Positions 22,317 through 32,994 of a DNA stretch of 64,000 bases are shown piece after piece. The notes under the pieces were generated by a model. That model searched no databases. It saw only the letters and a list, made by a program, of their open reading frames with translations, and was not told where the DNA came from. The stretch is taken from positions 313,100 to 377,099 of the forward strand of contig CAWIYS010000009.1 in the NCBI GenBank assembly GCA_963840385.1. The letters are read 5' to 3'. Positions within the stretch are counted from its first letter, which is position 1. Each line of letters opens with the position of its first letter. A program made the position numbers and the translations under genes. The DNA is from an uncultured Chloroflexia bacterium. Its GTDB lineage: Bacteria; Chloroflexota; Dehalococcoidia; DSTF01; JACRBR01.

Positions 22317-22405
22317 CGAGTGGCCTTTGGACGGCGCGGGAAGCTCCAATGCGGAGGTCCCGCGCCGTCTGCTATCGTTTCGCCGTTGGACCGCGGAGGA
22401 CGTGA

Positions 22406-23114
22406 ATGAAGCCGATCGTATTGCTGGCGCTCGCCGGCGCCCTGTTCGCCGCCGCCTGCACCGGCGCCAAGGATGCCACGCCGGGCAAGACGATCTCGGC
22501 GCCGTACCTGACGCCGCCCGCGACGGCGACGCCAGCGGCCGCCGAGGGCACGTCAGCTGCCGCCGGACCGACAAGCACGCCCTGCGCAACATCAGCCCAA
22601 ACTGGAGGGAACAAGACGTACAAATCACCACCGCCCATGACGATCGACGTGAACAAGACCTACGTCGCCACGATCAAGATGGACATCGGCGACATTACGC
22701 TCGAGCTGTTCGCGAAGGACGCGCCGATCACGGTCAACAATTTCGTCTTCCTGGCGCGCGAGCACTACTACGACGGCGTCACGTTCCACCGCGTCATTCC
22801 CGGCTTCATGGCTCAGGCCGGCGACCCGACGGGCACCGGCCGCGGCGGACCGGGCTACACGATCAAGGACGAGACGAACTCCCACAAGTTCCTTGAAGGC
22901 ACGCTGGGCATGGCGAAGACACAGGCGCCGAACTCCGGCGGCAGCCAGTGGTTCATCGACTTCACGCCACAGCCGTCGCTCGATGGCGGCTACACGGCGT
23001 TCGGGCAGCTGACGGGCGGCCGGGACGTGCTGAACAAGATCGAGCCGCGCGACCCGTCGTCGGCGACATGCGCCGGGCACGAAGATCAATACGATCGAGA
23101 TCACGGAGAAGTAG
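22406..23114 (+). CDS. Cyclophilin-type peptidyl-prolyl isomerase, lipoprotein; frameshift near 3' end
   Basis: Lipobox FAAAC and a Thr/Pro/Ala linker; YYDGVTFHRVIPGFMAQAGDPTGTG, MAKTQAPNSGGSQWFI. Confidence 0.9.
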
Positions 23115-23258
23115 CGGCGAAAGCTAACAGTTGTCAGCGGTCAGCGTAATGAGCCGCCGCCTTCCCCTAATGCGCCGTCATTCGCGAGCCCGGGGATCAG
23201 GGCGGTCGCGCCCGTCCTGATGTCTCGTTCACGTACGGCGATCGCCAAGTCGTGGACC

Positions 23259-23283
23259 GCGCGGGCTGGAAAGCCCGCGCTAC
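23259..23283. repeat. REP-like hairpin family A
   Basis: GCGCGGGCTGGAAAGCCCGCGCTAC (reverse complement begins GTAG). Confidence 0.75.
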
Positions 23284-23443
23284 CGCAAGAGAACTGCGCG
23301 CGTTTCCGGATCCACATGGTCGTGATGACGTTCGGGGATTCGGCGGTACCGACAACATGCGCGGACAGGTCTAACAGGGTGTTGAAATGCTCGGTATCAG
23401 ACCTGCTCGCCAGGCGATACAGCCACACTCCGAATCTGCACAA

Positions 23444-23466
23444 CGCGGGCTGAAAGCCTGCGCCAC
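23444..23466. repeat. REP-like hairpin family A
   Basis: CGCGGGCTGAAAGCCTGCGCCAC. Confidence 0.7.
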
Positions 23467-23517
23467 GAATTGTGCGGGCGCTTTCAACACGACTGCACGC
23501 AGCCCGGGCGGGCGGCG

Positions 23518-24446
23518 TTACTGGCGGACGAAGAGGCCCTTGACGGCGCGGAGGGCGCGCGTCGTGACGGGGGGCAGCGGCTCCGGGCGGGTGCAGCTCG
23601 TCGCGCAGCGCGCCGCTGTGGTACGCGAGGAAGCGTGCGCGCCAGCTCCGCACCGATGAGCAGGATGGCCGACGACAGGTACGTGAAGAACAGGAACAGC
23701 AGCACGCCGGCCAGCGAGCCGTAGATGACGTCGAAGTTGTTGAAGTTGGCCACGTAGAAGGCGAACGAGTTCTTCAGCGCCTCGAACAGCAGCGTGGCGA
23801 CGAGCGCGCCCGGCAGCGCGTCGCGCCAGCGTGGCCGCGCCGCCGGCACGATGCGGTAGAGCAGCGCGAACGTCACAAACGTCAGCACGGCGGGCAGCAG
23901 CACCGACGGGATCTCCCACAGCGGGCTGTGGCTCGCCAGCGGACCGGCGCTGTCCGGCGACAGCTCCCGTATCGCCCGCAGCACGCCGGTGAGGATCAGC
24001 GACGATAGCAGGATCGCGCCGAGCACGCCGACCTGGGCGATGTCGACGAGCTTCTGCTGCGCGAACGGACGGTGCTCGCTGATGGCCCAGACCCGGTTGA
24101 ATGCCTTGCGGATCGAGGCGAACACCGACGACGCCGTCCACAGCGTGGCAATGAGGCTCAGCGCGGCGATGGGACCGCTGACGCTGTTGACGTTGTTGAG
24201 CGCCTTGTCGAGTGCGGAGCGGCCGGCCGTCTGGTCCAGCGGCACGACTTCCAGCACGCGGTCGATGATGTCGTTGCGGACGTTGTGCTGCTCAGGAAGA
24301 AGCCCGATGACCGACACGGCCAGAATGATCAGCGGCACGATCGAGAACAGCAGGTAGTAGGAGATGGCGGCGGCGAGTTGGGGGCAGTCGTCGCGGGTGA
24401 AGCCGGCGAACGTGTGCTTGCTGATGACCCAGGCGCGTCGGATCAT
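23518..24446 (-). CDS. YihY/virulence factor BrkB family membrane protein; frameshift near 23620
   Basis: AAAISYYLLFSIVPL, IRKAFNRVW and YGSLAGVLLFLFFTYLSSAILLIGAE. Confidence 0.9.
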
Positions 24447-24605
24447 GCTCGGCCCATTGTAGGCTGCGCCGAGGCTCCGCCGCTTGTCACCTGGGGGACA
24501 GCGCTCTCGGCGTCCCGCCCTCCGGCGATCCAGCGGCGCGCGGAAGCCACGCGTACCCGCGCTGTTATAATCGGCCCGAGATCGGCGGAAGCGGGCGAGG
24601 CATCG

Positions 24606-25754
24606 ATGTCCAGACAGCGGGCGCGGGGCGCTTTGGCCGGCGGTTACCGGCGGATCGTCGCCAAGTTCGGCACGAACCTGTTGACGGCGGGCTCGGACGA
24701 GCTGGACGCGGCGCGTCATGGGCTCGCTCGTCGACCAGGTCGCCCGGCTCATCGCCGAGGGCCGCGAGGTGGTCATCGTCACCTCCGGCGCTATCGCGGC
24801 CGGCCGCCACCGGCTTAACGCGCCCGGCAAGCGGCGGGAGATCCCGTTCCGGCAGGTGCTGGCGTCCGTCGGCCAGGCCCACCTGATGCAGACGTACGAC
24901 GGCCTCTTCGCCTCGCACGGCCGCGTCGTCGGGCCAGACGCTGCTGACCCGCCGCGACCTGGCGGACCGCGTCGGCTACCTGAACGCCCGCAACACGCTG
25001 CTCGGCATGCTCGAGATGGGCGTAACGCCGATCATCAACGAGAACGACGCCGTGGCCGTCGACGAGATCGCCGGTGCGCGCATCGGCGACAACGACAACC
25101 TGTCGGCGCTGGTGGCGAACCTGATCGACGCGGACCTGCTCGCCATCCTCACCGACATCGCCGGCCTCTACACGGCCGATCCGCGGACGACGAAGACGGC
25201 GACGCTGATCCCGCGCGTCGATCGCATCACGAAGGAGATCGAGCAGATCGCGGGCGGCAGCGAGCGGCGGACGCGGCACCGGCGGCATGATCACGAAGCT
25301 GCAGGCGGCGCGCCTCGCGACGGGCGGCGGCTCCGACGTCTTCATCGCCGACGGGCGCGAGCGCGACGTGCTGTACCGACTGGCCACCGGCGACCACGTC
25401 GGCACGATGCTGCCGGCGCGCCGCAGCCGCGTCGAGAGCCGCAAGCGCTGGATGCTGTCGGGGCTGGCGACGCGCGGTGCGATCATCGTCGACGCCGGGG
25501 CGGCGAAGGCGCTCATCGAGCGGAGCAAGAGCCTGCTGCCGGCGGGCGTGCGCGACGTCATCGGGCCCTTCAAGCGCGGCGACACCGTCCACATCTCCCT
25601 CGCCGAGGGGAATCCGATCGCCTGCGGCATCACGAACTACGACGACCGCGAGCTGGCGGCGATCAGCGGCCTGCGCTCGGACCGCATTGCCGAGGTGCTG
25701 GGGCACCAGTACGGGTCCGAGGTGGTCCACCGCAACAACCTGGTGCTACTGTAG
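24606..25754 (+). CDS. proB: Glutamate 5-kinase with PUA domain; frameshifts near 24715, 24930 and 25270
   Basis: [43 protein letters not shown] and SLLPAGV...VVHRNNLV. Confidence 0.93.
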
Positions 25755-25784
25755 CTTCTGCCGCGCCCCTGATAGCCTGTAGCC

Positions 25785-26528
25785 ATGACCGCCCCGGAAG
25801 CACCCCTGATCTTTCGACAAGCCAGCCGACGGCGTCGCGCGCCTGACGATCAACCGGCCGGGCGTACTCAACGCGATGAACATGGCCGTGCGCGACGAGC
25901 TGTGGTCGGCGCTGCTGGCCGTCCGCGACGACCCGGACGTGCGCGTCGCGATCTTCCGCGGCGCGGGCGAGCGCGCGTTCTCGTCCGGCGCCGACGTGAG
26001 CGAGTTCGGCACCGCGCCGTCGTACGTCGAGTCGCGGCGAGCGCGTAGTGACCGCGACGTCTGGGGGCTGATGCTCTCGATCATGAAGCCGATGGTCGCG
26101 GCCGTGCACGGATACGCCTACGGCGCTGGTTGCGAGCTGAGCTTGCTCTGCGACATCCGCATCGCCGCCGACGACGCGCGGTTCGCGCTGCCGGAGGTGA
26201 CGCTCGGCTACATCCCGTCGGCCGGGCGGCACGCAGACGCTGCCCCGCGCTGTCCCGCCGGGCGTCGCGCGCGAGATGGTGCTGAGCGGCGAGCCGATCG
26301 ACGCGCGGCGCGCGCTCGCCATCGGGCTCGTTAGCCGCGTGGTGCCGCGTGCGCAGCTGGACGACGAGGCGATGGCGATCGCGACGAAGCTCGCCGAGCC
26401 TGCCGGCGGCGGCCGTGCGCGCGGCGAAAGAGGCGATGGTGCGCGGCGCGGACCTGCCGCTCGAGCAGGGCCTGAGGCTCGAGGCGCTGCTCGCCGCACC
26501 GTTCCAGCATCCCGCGACGGGCGAATGA
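25785..26528 (+). CDS. Enoyl-CoA hydratase/isomerase family protein; frameshifted
   Basis: [33 protein letters not shown] and FALPEVTLG. Confidence 0.88.
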
Positions 26529-27107
26529 ACGACTCCGACACAGTCGACGCGCCGCACGAGCGCCGTCGCTTCGGCTGCCTGTTGCAGCTGGCGGTCGTTG
26601 CGGTCGTCGCGGTTGCCGTCGTCGTCGCGATCGGGTTCCTGTTCGACCAGGGCAGCGACTCGGTGTCGCCCGAGCGCGGCCACGACGCGGGGGCGGAAAG
26701 CGGATACCAGAACGCCTCGGTGGTGTACGCCGAGGCGCAGCACCTGTTCATCGTGCGGCTCGAGGACGGCACGTTTCTCGCGCTGTACGACAAGTCGTCG
26801 AAGCAGCAGGAGCTGCGCAGCGACTGCCGCGTCGTCGTTCGACGACACGGCGACGCTTAACAAGCTGTCGCCGCTGCCGGGCATCACCGGCGCGTTCGTC
26901 GAGAATTGCGATGGCCTGCGGGCGGTGTGGCGCGCCGACGGTGCGTTCGCGTTCGGCGCGGACTACGGCAACCTCGACCGCTTCAACACGAGCGTCGACG
27001 GCGCGGGGCATCTGATCGTCGATACGAGCTCGCGCAGCTGCACGCGCAGCCGCGGCGTCATCGGCGTGCCGCCGTTCGACGAGAAGACGTGCGGGAGCGG
27101 GGATTAG
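26525..27107 (+). CDS. Membrane-anchored Rieske-fold-like protein lacking the canonical Fe-S ligands; frameshift near 26840
   Basis: N-terminal TM; FIVRLEDGTFLALY...DCRV; FVENCDG; DGAFAFG...NLDRF...VDGAGHLIVDT resembles the Rieske scaffold. Confidence 0.55.
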
Positions 27108-27120
27108 GCATCACCGCCAT

Positions 27121-27145
27121 GGACAGCCGAGGGCGGCTGTCCCCC
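27121..27145. repeat. REP-like hairpin family B
   Basis: GGACAGCCGAGGGCGGCTGTCCCCC; related copies at 24493, 42006 and 53090. Confidence 0.7.
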
Positions 27146-27247
27146 GTGATTCCCGTCAACTCCTCCGGAGTCGTCGAGCACGGCGACTGACTCCGGCGCG
27201 GGCTTGCCAGCCCGCGCTACGGTACACGAAACGAGCGTGCTGGCCGT

Positions 27248-27791
27248 CTACGCGGCGCCGCGGCGTTCGACGCGGAAGAGGTTGATCGGGGTCGGGATGC
27301 CCTTCATGACGACGGGGCCGAGTTGCTCGAAGTCGACGTCGGGGAGGCGGCCGTCGGCGCGCACGACGGTCTCTTCGGACGCCAGCACCTCGCCGGAGTT
27401 GGCGAGATTCATGATGCGGGAGGCGACATTGACGTCGTGGCCGATCAGGTCGTCGCCGCGGCAGGTCTGGCGGCCGGCGTGGACGCCGATGCGCACCCAG
27501 AGCGGGGCGTCGATACCCAGCGACTCCGCCTCGAACCGCTCCTGCAGCCGCAGACCGGTCTCGATGGCGGCGCAGGGGTCGGCGAACCAGAGCATCAGGC
27601 CGTCGCCGAGCTCTTTGACGATCCGCGAGTCTTCGCCGAGTTCGCTGCGGACGATGCGCTCCTGCAGCGAGAGCAGCGCGTCGGCCTCGACGTCGCCGCG
27701 CAGCGCGTTGAACTCCGTGAAGCCCGACGATGTCGGTGAACATCACCGTGCCCTCGACGACGTTTCGTGGCAACGGGGCCGTGGCGATCAT
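27248..27791 (-). CDS. Stand-alone class III adenylate/guanylate cyclase domain protein; frameshift near 27722
   Basis: VMFTDIVG(F), VKELGDG, RIGVHAG and LIGHDVNVASRI. Confidence 0.85.
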
Positions 27792-28495
27792 CCCGGCACG
27801 ACGTCGATGGAGCCGGACACGGACATCGCCTCAACGAGCACGTCGCTGCCTTCCGGGCAGTCGCAACAGATGCGGCCCGAGAGGCTCTTGAAGTGGGTAC
27901 GCGGCGCCGTGCCCTCGGGCAGCGAGAGCTGGACCTTACCGGACACGGTCTTGACGGCGATGGCGCCTTCGCCGCCGCACGCCGCGGTGATCGATCCGCT
28001 GACGCTGCGCGCCTTCAGCGGGCCCTCGACGCGTTCGATCTCGATCGAGCCGGACATGCTACCGGCGGATGCCGCGCCGACGTGGCCGGCCTGCAGCTTG
28101 CCGCTCGCCGAGTTCATGCGGCATTTTCCGCGGCATGAGCCGACCGTGATCGACGACGACATCGTGCGCAGGTCCGCCTCGTCGGCGCTGTCGACCTCGA
28201 TGGCGCCGCTGGCCGTCGTCACGGAGACCGTGCCGAAGTCGCCGATGAGGCGCACCGGGCCGGACTGGGTGCCGATGGCGACGTCGGTACCGACCGGGCA
28301 GCGGACGACGAACGACTTCCGGCCGTGGCCGTTGCGGATGCGGAGCGTCGCCCCGCCGTCATCGACCTGCGACTCGATGGCATCGCCTTCGGCTAGCACG
28401 TCATCGCGCGGCTCGGCGACGACCTCGACGCGGCCCGAGCGCGACTGAAGGCGCAGCGTCACCGCCACCGGCAATTCGAATCTGCGCACGCTCAA
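27788..28495 (-). CDS. DUF4097-like beta-strand repeat protein
   Basis: Repeated T/S-x-SG-x-I units (TQSGPV, TASGAI, SASGKL, SMSGSI, SVSGSI, TVSGKV). Confidence 0.8.
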   Translation of the reverse strand: MSVRRFELPVAVTLRLQSRSGRVEVVAEPRDDVLAEGDAIESQVDDGGATLRIRNGHGRKSFVVRCPVGTDVAIGTQSGPVRLIGDFGTVSVTTASGAIEVDSADEADLRTMSSSITVGSCRGKCRMNSASGKLQAGHVGAASAGSMSGSIEIERVEGPLKARSVSGSITAACGGEGAIAVKTVSGKVQLSLPEGTAPRTHFKSLSGRICCDCPEGSDVLVEAMSVSGSIDVVPG

Positions 28496-28647
28496 TGGGG
28501 CACCTCGCTTCCGCAGTGACCGCCATTGTGGATCGGACGAGGGAAAGTCTCAACCCGGCGCTGTTTACGGATTCCGCAGCAGCCCGCCGGCCGTGCCCGG
28601 GCGGCCTCGTCCGGGATACACTGCGCCACACCGAACAGGAGGTGCGG

Positions 28648-29517
28648 ATGGCCGCCACGACGCTCAGCCACCATTACGTCGCCGTCAACGGCGTCAAGCT
28701 GCACTACGTGCGCCAGGGCGCCGGCGAGCCGCTGCTGCTCATCCACGGCTGGCCGGGGTTCTGGTACGAGTGGCAGAAGAACATCCCGGCGCTGGCGGAG
28801 CGCTTCGACGTCATCGTGCCGGACATGCGCGGCTACGCGTACTCGGACAAGCCAGACCTGCCGCCCGAGGTGGGGTACTCGGACACGGCGTACGCCGAGG
28901 ACTTGAAGGCGTTCCTCGACTTCTACCACCTCGAGTCGGTGCGCATCGTCGCACACGACTTCGGGGCGATCTGGGTGCAGAAGTTCGCGCGGCTGTACCC
29001 GGAGCGCGTCAAGAAGCTGATGCTGTTCGACCCGCCGTACCCGGGCATCGCCGGGCGCTGGTTCGAGCTGCCGCACGTCATGCACATCTGGTACCAGCTG
29101 TTCCACCAGCTGCCGCTGGCCGAGGAGCTCGTCGGATCGAGCAAGCAGGCGACGGAGGTGTACCTGCGGCACTTCCTCACGGCGTGGTCGGCGAAGAAGG
29201 ATGTCTGGACGGACGATGATATCGCGGCGTACGTAGAGGCGTACTCGCAGCCGGGGGCGCTGCGCGGCGGCTTCAACTGCTACCGGGCGGCGCTCCGCGG
29301 TGGCGCATATTCCGGCGGCGGCGACCTGAAGGTCAACGTGCCGACGATGGTGCTGTGGGGCGACAGCGACCAGATCCTGCCGTTCGCGTGGACCGACCGC
29401 CTGCCGGAGTTCTTCACGCAGCTGACGCTGAAGAAGATGGAGGGACTCGGCCACTTCATGATGCGCGAGGATCCGGAGGGCGTGAACGCGGAGATCCTCG
29501 GGTTCATGCGGGGGTAG
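28648..29517 (+). CDS. Alpha/beta hydrolase (epoxide hydrolase-like)
   Basis: LLIHGWP, PDMRGYAYS, AHDFGA (Asp nucleophile), GGFNCYRA and GHF. Confidence 0.9.
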   Translation: MAATTLSHHYVAVNGVKLHYVRQGAGEPLLLIHGWPGFWYEWQKNIPALAERFDVIVPDMRGYAYSDKPDLPPEVGYSDTAYAEDLKAFLDFYHLESVRIVAHDFGAIWVQKFARLYPERVKKLMLFDPPYPGIAGRWFELPHVMHIWYQLFHQLPLAEELVGSSKQATEVYLRHFLTAWSAKKDVWTDDDIAAYVEAYSQPGALRGGFNCYRAALRGGAYSGGGDLKVNVPTMVLWGDSDQILPFAWTDRLPEFFTQLTLKKMEGLGHFMMREDPEGVNAEILGFMRG

Positions 29518-29656
29518 AGCCGGCGCTTCGCGCGGCACACCAGACACCAGAATGCAGAGAGCAGCAGCCAACGACGCTGTTTCGCGCGGGGTGGCGTCGT
29601 TACCATGAGTTCGAGGCGGCGACGGACCGCGGCGCTGCGACGAAGGACATCGACGA

Positions 29657-30412
29657 GTGGACCTGGAGCTTCGGGGCAAGGCGGCGCTGGTCACGGGCGC
29701 GTCGCGCGGCATTGGGCGGGCGATCGCGCTGACGCTGGCGGGCGAGGGATGTGACGTGACGCTGGTCGCGCGCGGGCAGGAGACGCTGCGCGGGGCCGAA
29801 CGCGAGGTAGCGACGCTCGGCGTCCGGACGGCGGCGATCGTCGCAGACGTGACGGTCGCGGGCGACGTCGAGAGGATGGTGGCGGAGACGGTGCGGCAGC
29901 TCGGCCGGGTCGACATCCTCGTCAACAACGCAGGCGGCTCGTTCCCGGACGACGACGACGGCTGGCAGGCGGCGTTCCACGCCAACATCGAGGCGGCGGT
30001 ACGGGCGACGCGCGCAGTCGTGCCGCACATGCGCGCGCAGGGCGGCGGCTCCATCGTCCACGTCGCGTCGATCTGGGGCCGCGAGGCGGGCGGCGGCCTG
30101 CCGTACAACGCGATGAAGGCCGCGATGATCAGCCACGCGAAGAACGCGGCGCTGACGCTGGCGAAGGACAAGATTCGCGTCAACTCCGTGGCGCCGGGGT
30201 CGATCGAGTTCCCGGGCGGATCGTGGGGGCGCCGCGTCGAAGCCGACCCGGACGGCATGGCGCGCTTCGTCGAGCAGAACATCGCGATGGGCCGCTTCGG
30301 CCGGCCGGAGGAGGTGGCGAACGTCGTCGCGTTCCTCTGCTCGCCGCGGGCGAGCTGGGTCACCGGCGCCTGCGTCAACATCGACGGCGGGCAGACGAGG
30401 AGCAACATATGA
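29657..30412 (+). CDS. Short-chain dehydrogenase/reductase
   Basis: TGASRGIG, NNAG, YNAMKAA and RFGRPEEVA. Confidence 0.92.
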   Translation: MDLELRGKAALVTGASRGIGRAIALTLAGEGCDVTLVARGQETLRGAEREVATLGVRTAAIVADVTVAGDVERMVAETVRQLGRVDILVNNAGGSFPDDDDGWQAAFHANIEAAVRATRAVVPHMRAQGGGSIVHVASIWGREAGGGLPYNAMKAAMISHAKNAALTLAKDKIRVNSVAPGSIEFPGGSWGRRVEADPDGMARFVEQNIAMGRFGRPEEVANVVAFLCSPRASWVTGACVNIDGGQTRSNI

Positions 30413-31368
30413 CCGGTGGGCGAGGGCACGGGCGTGGCTGACCGGCTGCTGACCTACGCGGCGTCGATGCTGGTCGAGTGGTACGGCGAGCGCACAGGGC
30501 GCGCGTACCGCCTGGCATCCGTCTCGGATGCCGCGTTGCCCGTCTACGTCGCCGACGCGCCCGAGGGGCGCCTGGCGCTCGCCATGGCGGCGCTGTGGGA
30601 GCCTGAGAGCGACCCGCAGGCCGAAGACGCGCGCGACATGATGCAGGAGCGGCTCTCCGGCGGCAACGTGCGCGGGCCGCACATCGTCTGGGTGCCGCCG
30701 CACGCGTCGGTGCCGGGCGAGGAGCCGAACACGTCGGACTTCGTGATGCGCGCGCAGCTGGCGGCGGCGACACTGCACCCCGGGCCAACGCGCGGAGATC
30801 GAACTACCGGTGAAGATCCACTTGCAGAAGGCGCGCGACGAGGGTGGCTACGCGAACGTCACCGGCGGCCTCAGCCGCTTCTGGACGGAGATCACGGATC
30901 GGGTCGAATGGCACGTTCAACGTCTACAGCAAGCCGATCCACCGCGCGCCGCAGTCCGAGGCCGCGCGCGCCGCGCTCTTCGACCGCATCGGCGAGCGAG
31001 CGAAGGAGATGAAGCTCGGAGACGCGGCCGAACTGGATGCCGCCGACTGCTGGACCGTGCAGCGGCTGGCCGAGGAGCCGCTCGGCGAGACGGGCTTCGC
31101 CGTGGCGCAGGCGCCGCCGCGCATCGACCCGGCCGACGGCACGCTCATGCGGCGCCTCGTGCGCGCGCGGCTGAAGGACGCGGCCGCGGCGCTCGATGGC
31201 ATCGATGCGGCGATCAAGGGCGTGGGATTCGTCGCGATCTACGAGTACGCCGAGTACGAGAACGTGGGCTCGTTCGTGAAGTCGCTCAGCCCGGGGTCAT
31301 ACGCCGGCATGCCGCTGATCGCGGTCGTCGTCGACGGCGAGGTGCGGCCGATCTTCCTGCCGCGCTAG
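30409..31368 (+). CDS. Hypothetical protein (frameshifted; start uncertain)
   Basis: Coding-like segments in ORFs 30416-31012, 30810 and 30844-31368 join into one gene of about 310 aa. Confidence 0.6.
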
Positions 31369-32090
31369 CCGCCGGCGTCAATCCGATCGACGACGTCCAG
31401 CAATTCGATGAGCGACGTCACGACGGGTGCGTCGATCGGCGGCGCTTTCCGTTCGCGGTCGATGAGCACGGGGTGCAGGCCGGCGCCGCGCGAGCCGAGC
31501 ACGTCGGCGAGGTATGAGTCGCCGACGTACACCGCCTCCTCGGGGCGGACGTTGGCGCGGCCGAGCGCGTAGAGGAAGATCTCCCGGTGCGGCTTCGACG
31601 TGCCGACGACGGCCGACGCGACGACGAAGTCCATGAGCAGCGTGATCTCGTGCGCGTGCATGATCGGCAGCAGGTCGGTGCCCCAGTCGGAGACGACGCC
31701 CTGCACGAGTCCGCGGGCGCGGGCTGCCCGGAGCGCATCGATCGTCTCGGGGAAGGGCTCCCACTGCGCGGGATCCTTGTACCAGTCGTACAACGCCTCG
31801 CCGGCCGAGACGATCTCCTCGCGCGGCACGTCGGGGGCGACATCGCGCAGTGCGTAGGCGTAGTACTCCGTCCAGAACGTGCGCGCCTGCCGGTCAGAGG
31901 CGTACGCGCCGAGGCCGTCCTCGCCGAGGCGGCTGTAGAAGAAGGCGCCGACATCGGGGAACGGCGTCCGGCGCCCGGCCTCGATGGCGATGCCGAGCTG
32001 GTGGGCGAGGAAGTCCCACACCTCGTCGATGCCGGCCCGCGGGCGGACGAGAGTGTGGCCGGCATCGTAGAAGATAGCCTTTATGGTCAC
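31365..32090 (-). CDS. HAD-IA family hydrolase
   Basis: FYDAGHTL, VVSDW, SKPHREIF and YVGDS...DV. Confidence 0.9.
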   Translation of the reverse strand: MTIKAIFYDAGHTLVRPRAGIDEVWDFLAHQLGIAIEAGRRTPFPDVGAFFYSRLGEDGLGAYASDRQARTFWTEYYAYALRDVAPDVPREEIVSAGEALYDWYKDPAQWEPFPETIDALRAARARGLVQGVVSDWGTDLLPIMHAHEITLLMDFVVASAVVGTSKPHREIFLYALGRANVRPEEAVYVGDSYLADVLGSRGAGLHPVLIDRERKAPPIDAPVVTSLIELLDVVDRIDAGG

Positions 32091-32324
32091 CCGGCCAGCG
32101 TACCGCCCCCGGCCCGAAGCCGCCTCGTACGGAAGTCAGGACTTCGAGCCACCCGCAATCCCCGAGCCCGGACATCCCGGACAAGCACATGCACATCACG
32201 TTCGACCTCGTCGACTCCGATCGCTTCGTCGATATGCTGCTCGAACGCTACGAGGAGACGACAGGACGCGGCGGCGTAGCAGCAGCGTCGGTGGCACATC
32301 GGACTGTTCTCGAAGCCGGCGGCC

Positions 32325-32349
32325 GCGCGGGCTGAAGAGCCCGCGCTAC
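32325..32349. repeat. REP-like hairpin family A
   Basis: GCGCGGGCTGAAGAGCCCGCGCTAC. Confidence 0.75.
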
Positions 32350-32424
32350 GGCTTGTATGACGGTGCGGTCGTGCCGGCCGGCGTAGATCCTTCGCTTAGC
32401 TCAGGATGACAGGGTAACGACGCG

Positions 32425-32994
32425 CTACGGCGCCTCAGCGCGGGCACGCGCCTTGATGGACTCGATGAACTCCGTTTTGCGGTCGGTGTAGCCGACGTTG
32501 ATGTCGGACGTCGCCGTCAGCGCAGCGTTGAACGCGGCGGCGAGCTGGCGCTTGAGGCGCGCGTACTCGCCGGCGGCGTCCGGGTGCGCGCGCAGGTAGT
32601 CGCGGAACAGCAGGTGCTCGACCCAGAACGGGCTTCCAACCTCAACGGCGTGGAGGTGGTACGCGCGCGCGCCATTGTCGTCCTTGCGGAAGTAGCGACG
32701 GAGCGGCATGCCGGGGCCGGACGACGTGTCGTGCTCGAACGCCTGCACGTACTCGTAACCGATTGACTCCAGCAGCGGGACGAGCGTCGGCGCGTCGTCG
32801 AGCGAGCGCAGGCCCGGCATCATGTCGATGACCGGCTTGGCGGCGAGTCCCGGCACCGACGTGCTGCCGACGTGCTCGACGCGAACGAACGCGCCGACGC
32901 CGCACGTGCGCACGATGAGGTCGCACTCGGCCTCGAAGCGTTGCGGCCAGCCGGGATCGTAGTCGGCGATGACGACGGGGCGGCCGGTGGTCAT
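32425..32994 (-). CDS. GrpB/UPF0157 family nucleotidyltransferase-like protein
   Basis: VVIADYDPGWPQRFE, EHVGSTSVPGLAAKPVID and LLFRDYLRAHP. Confidence 0.9.
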   Translation of the reverse strand: MTTGRPVVIADYDPGWPQRFEAECDLIVRTCGVGAFVRVEHVGSTSVPGLAAKPVIDMMPGLRSLDDAPTLVPLLESIGYEYVQAFEHDTSSGPGMPLRRYFRKDDNGARAYHLHAVEVGSPFWVEHLLFRDYLRAHPDAAGEYARLKRQLAAAFNAALTATSDINVGYTDRKTEFIESIKARARAEAP

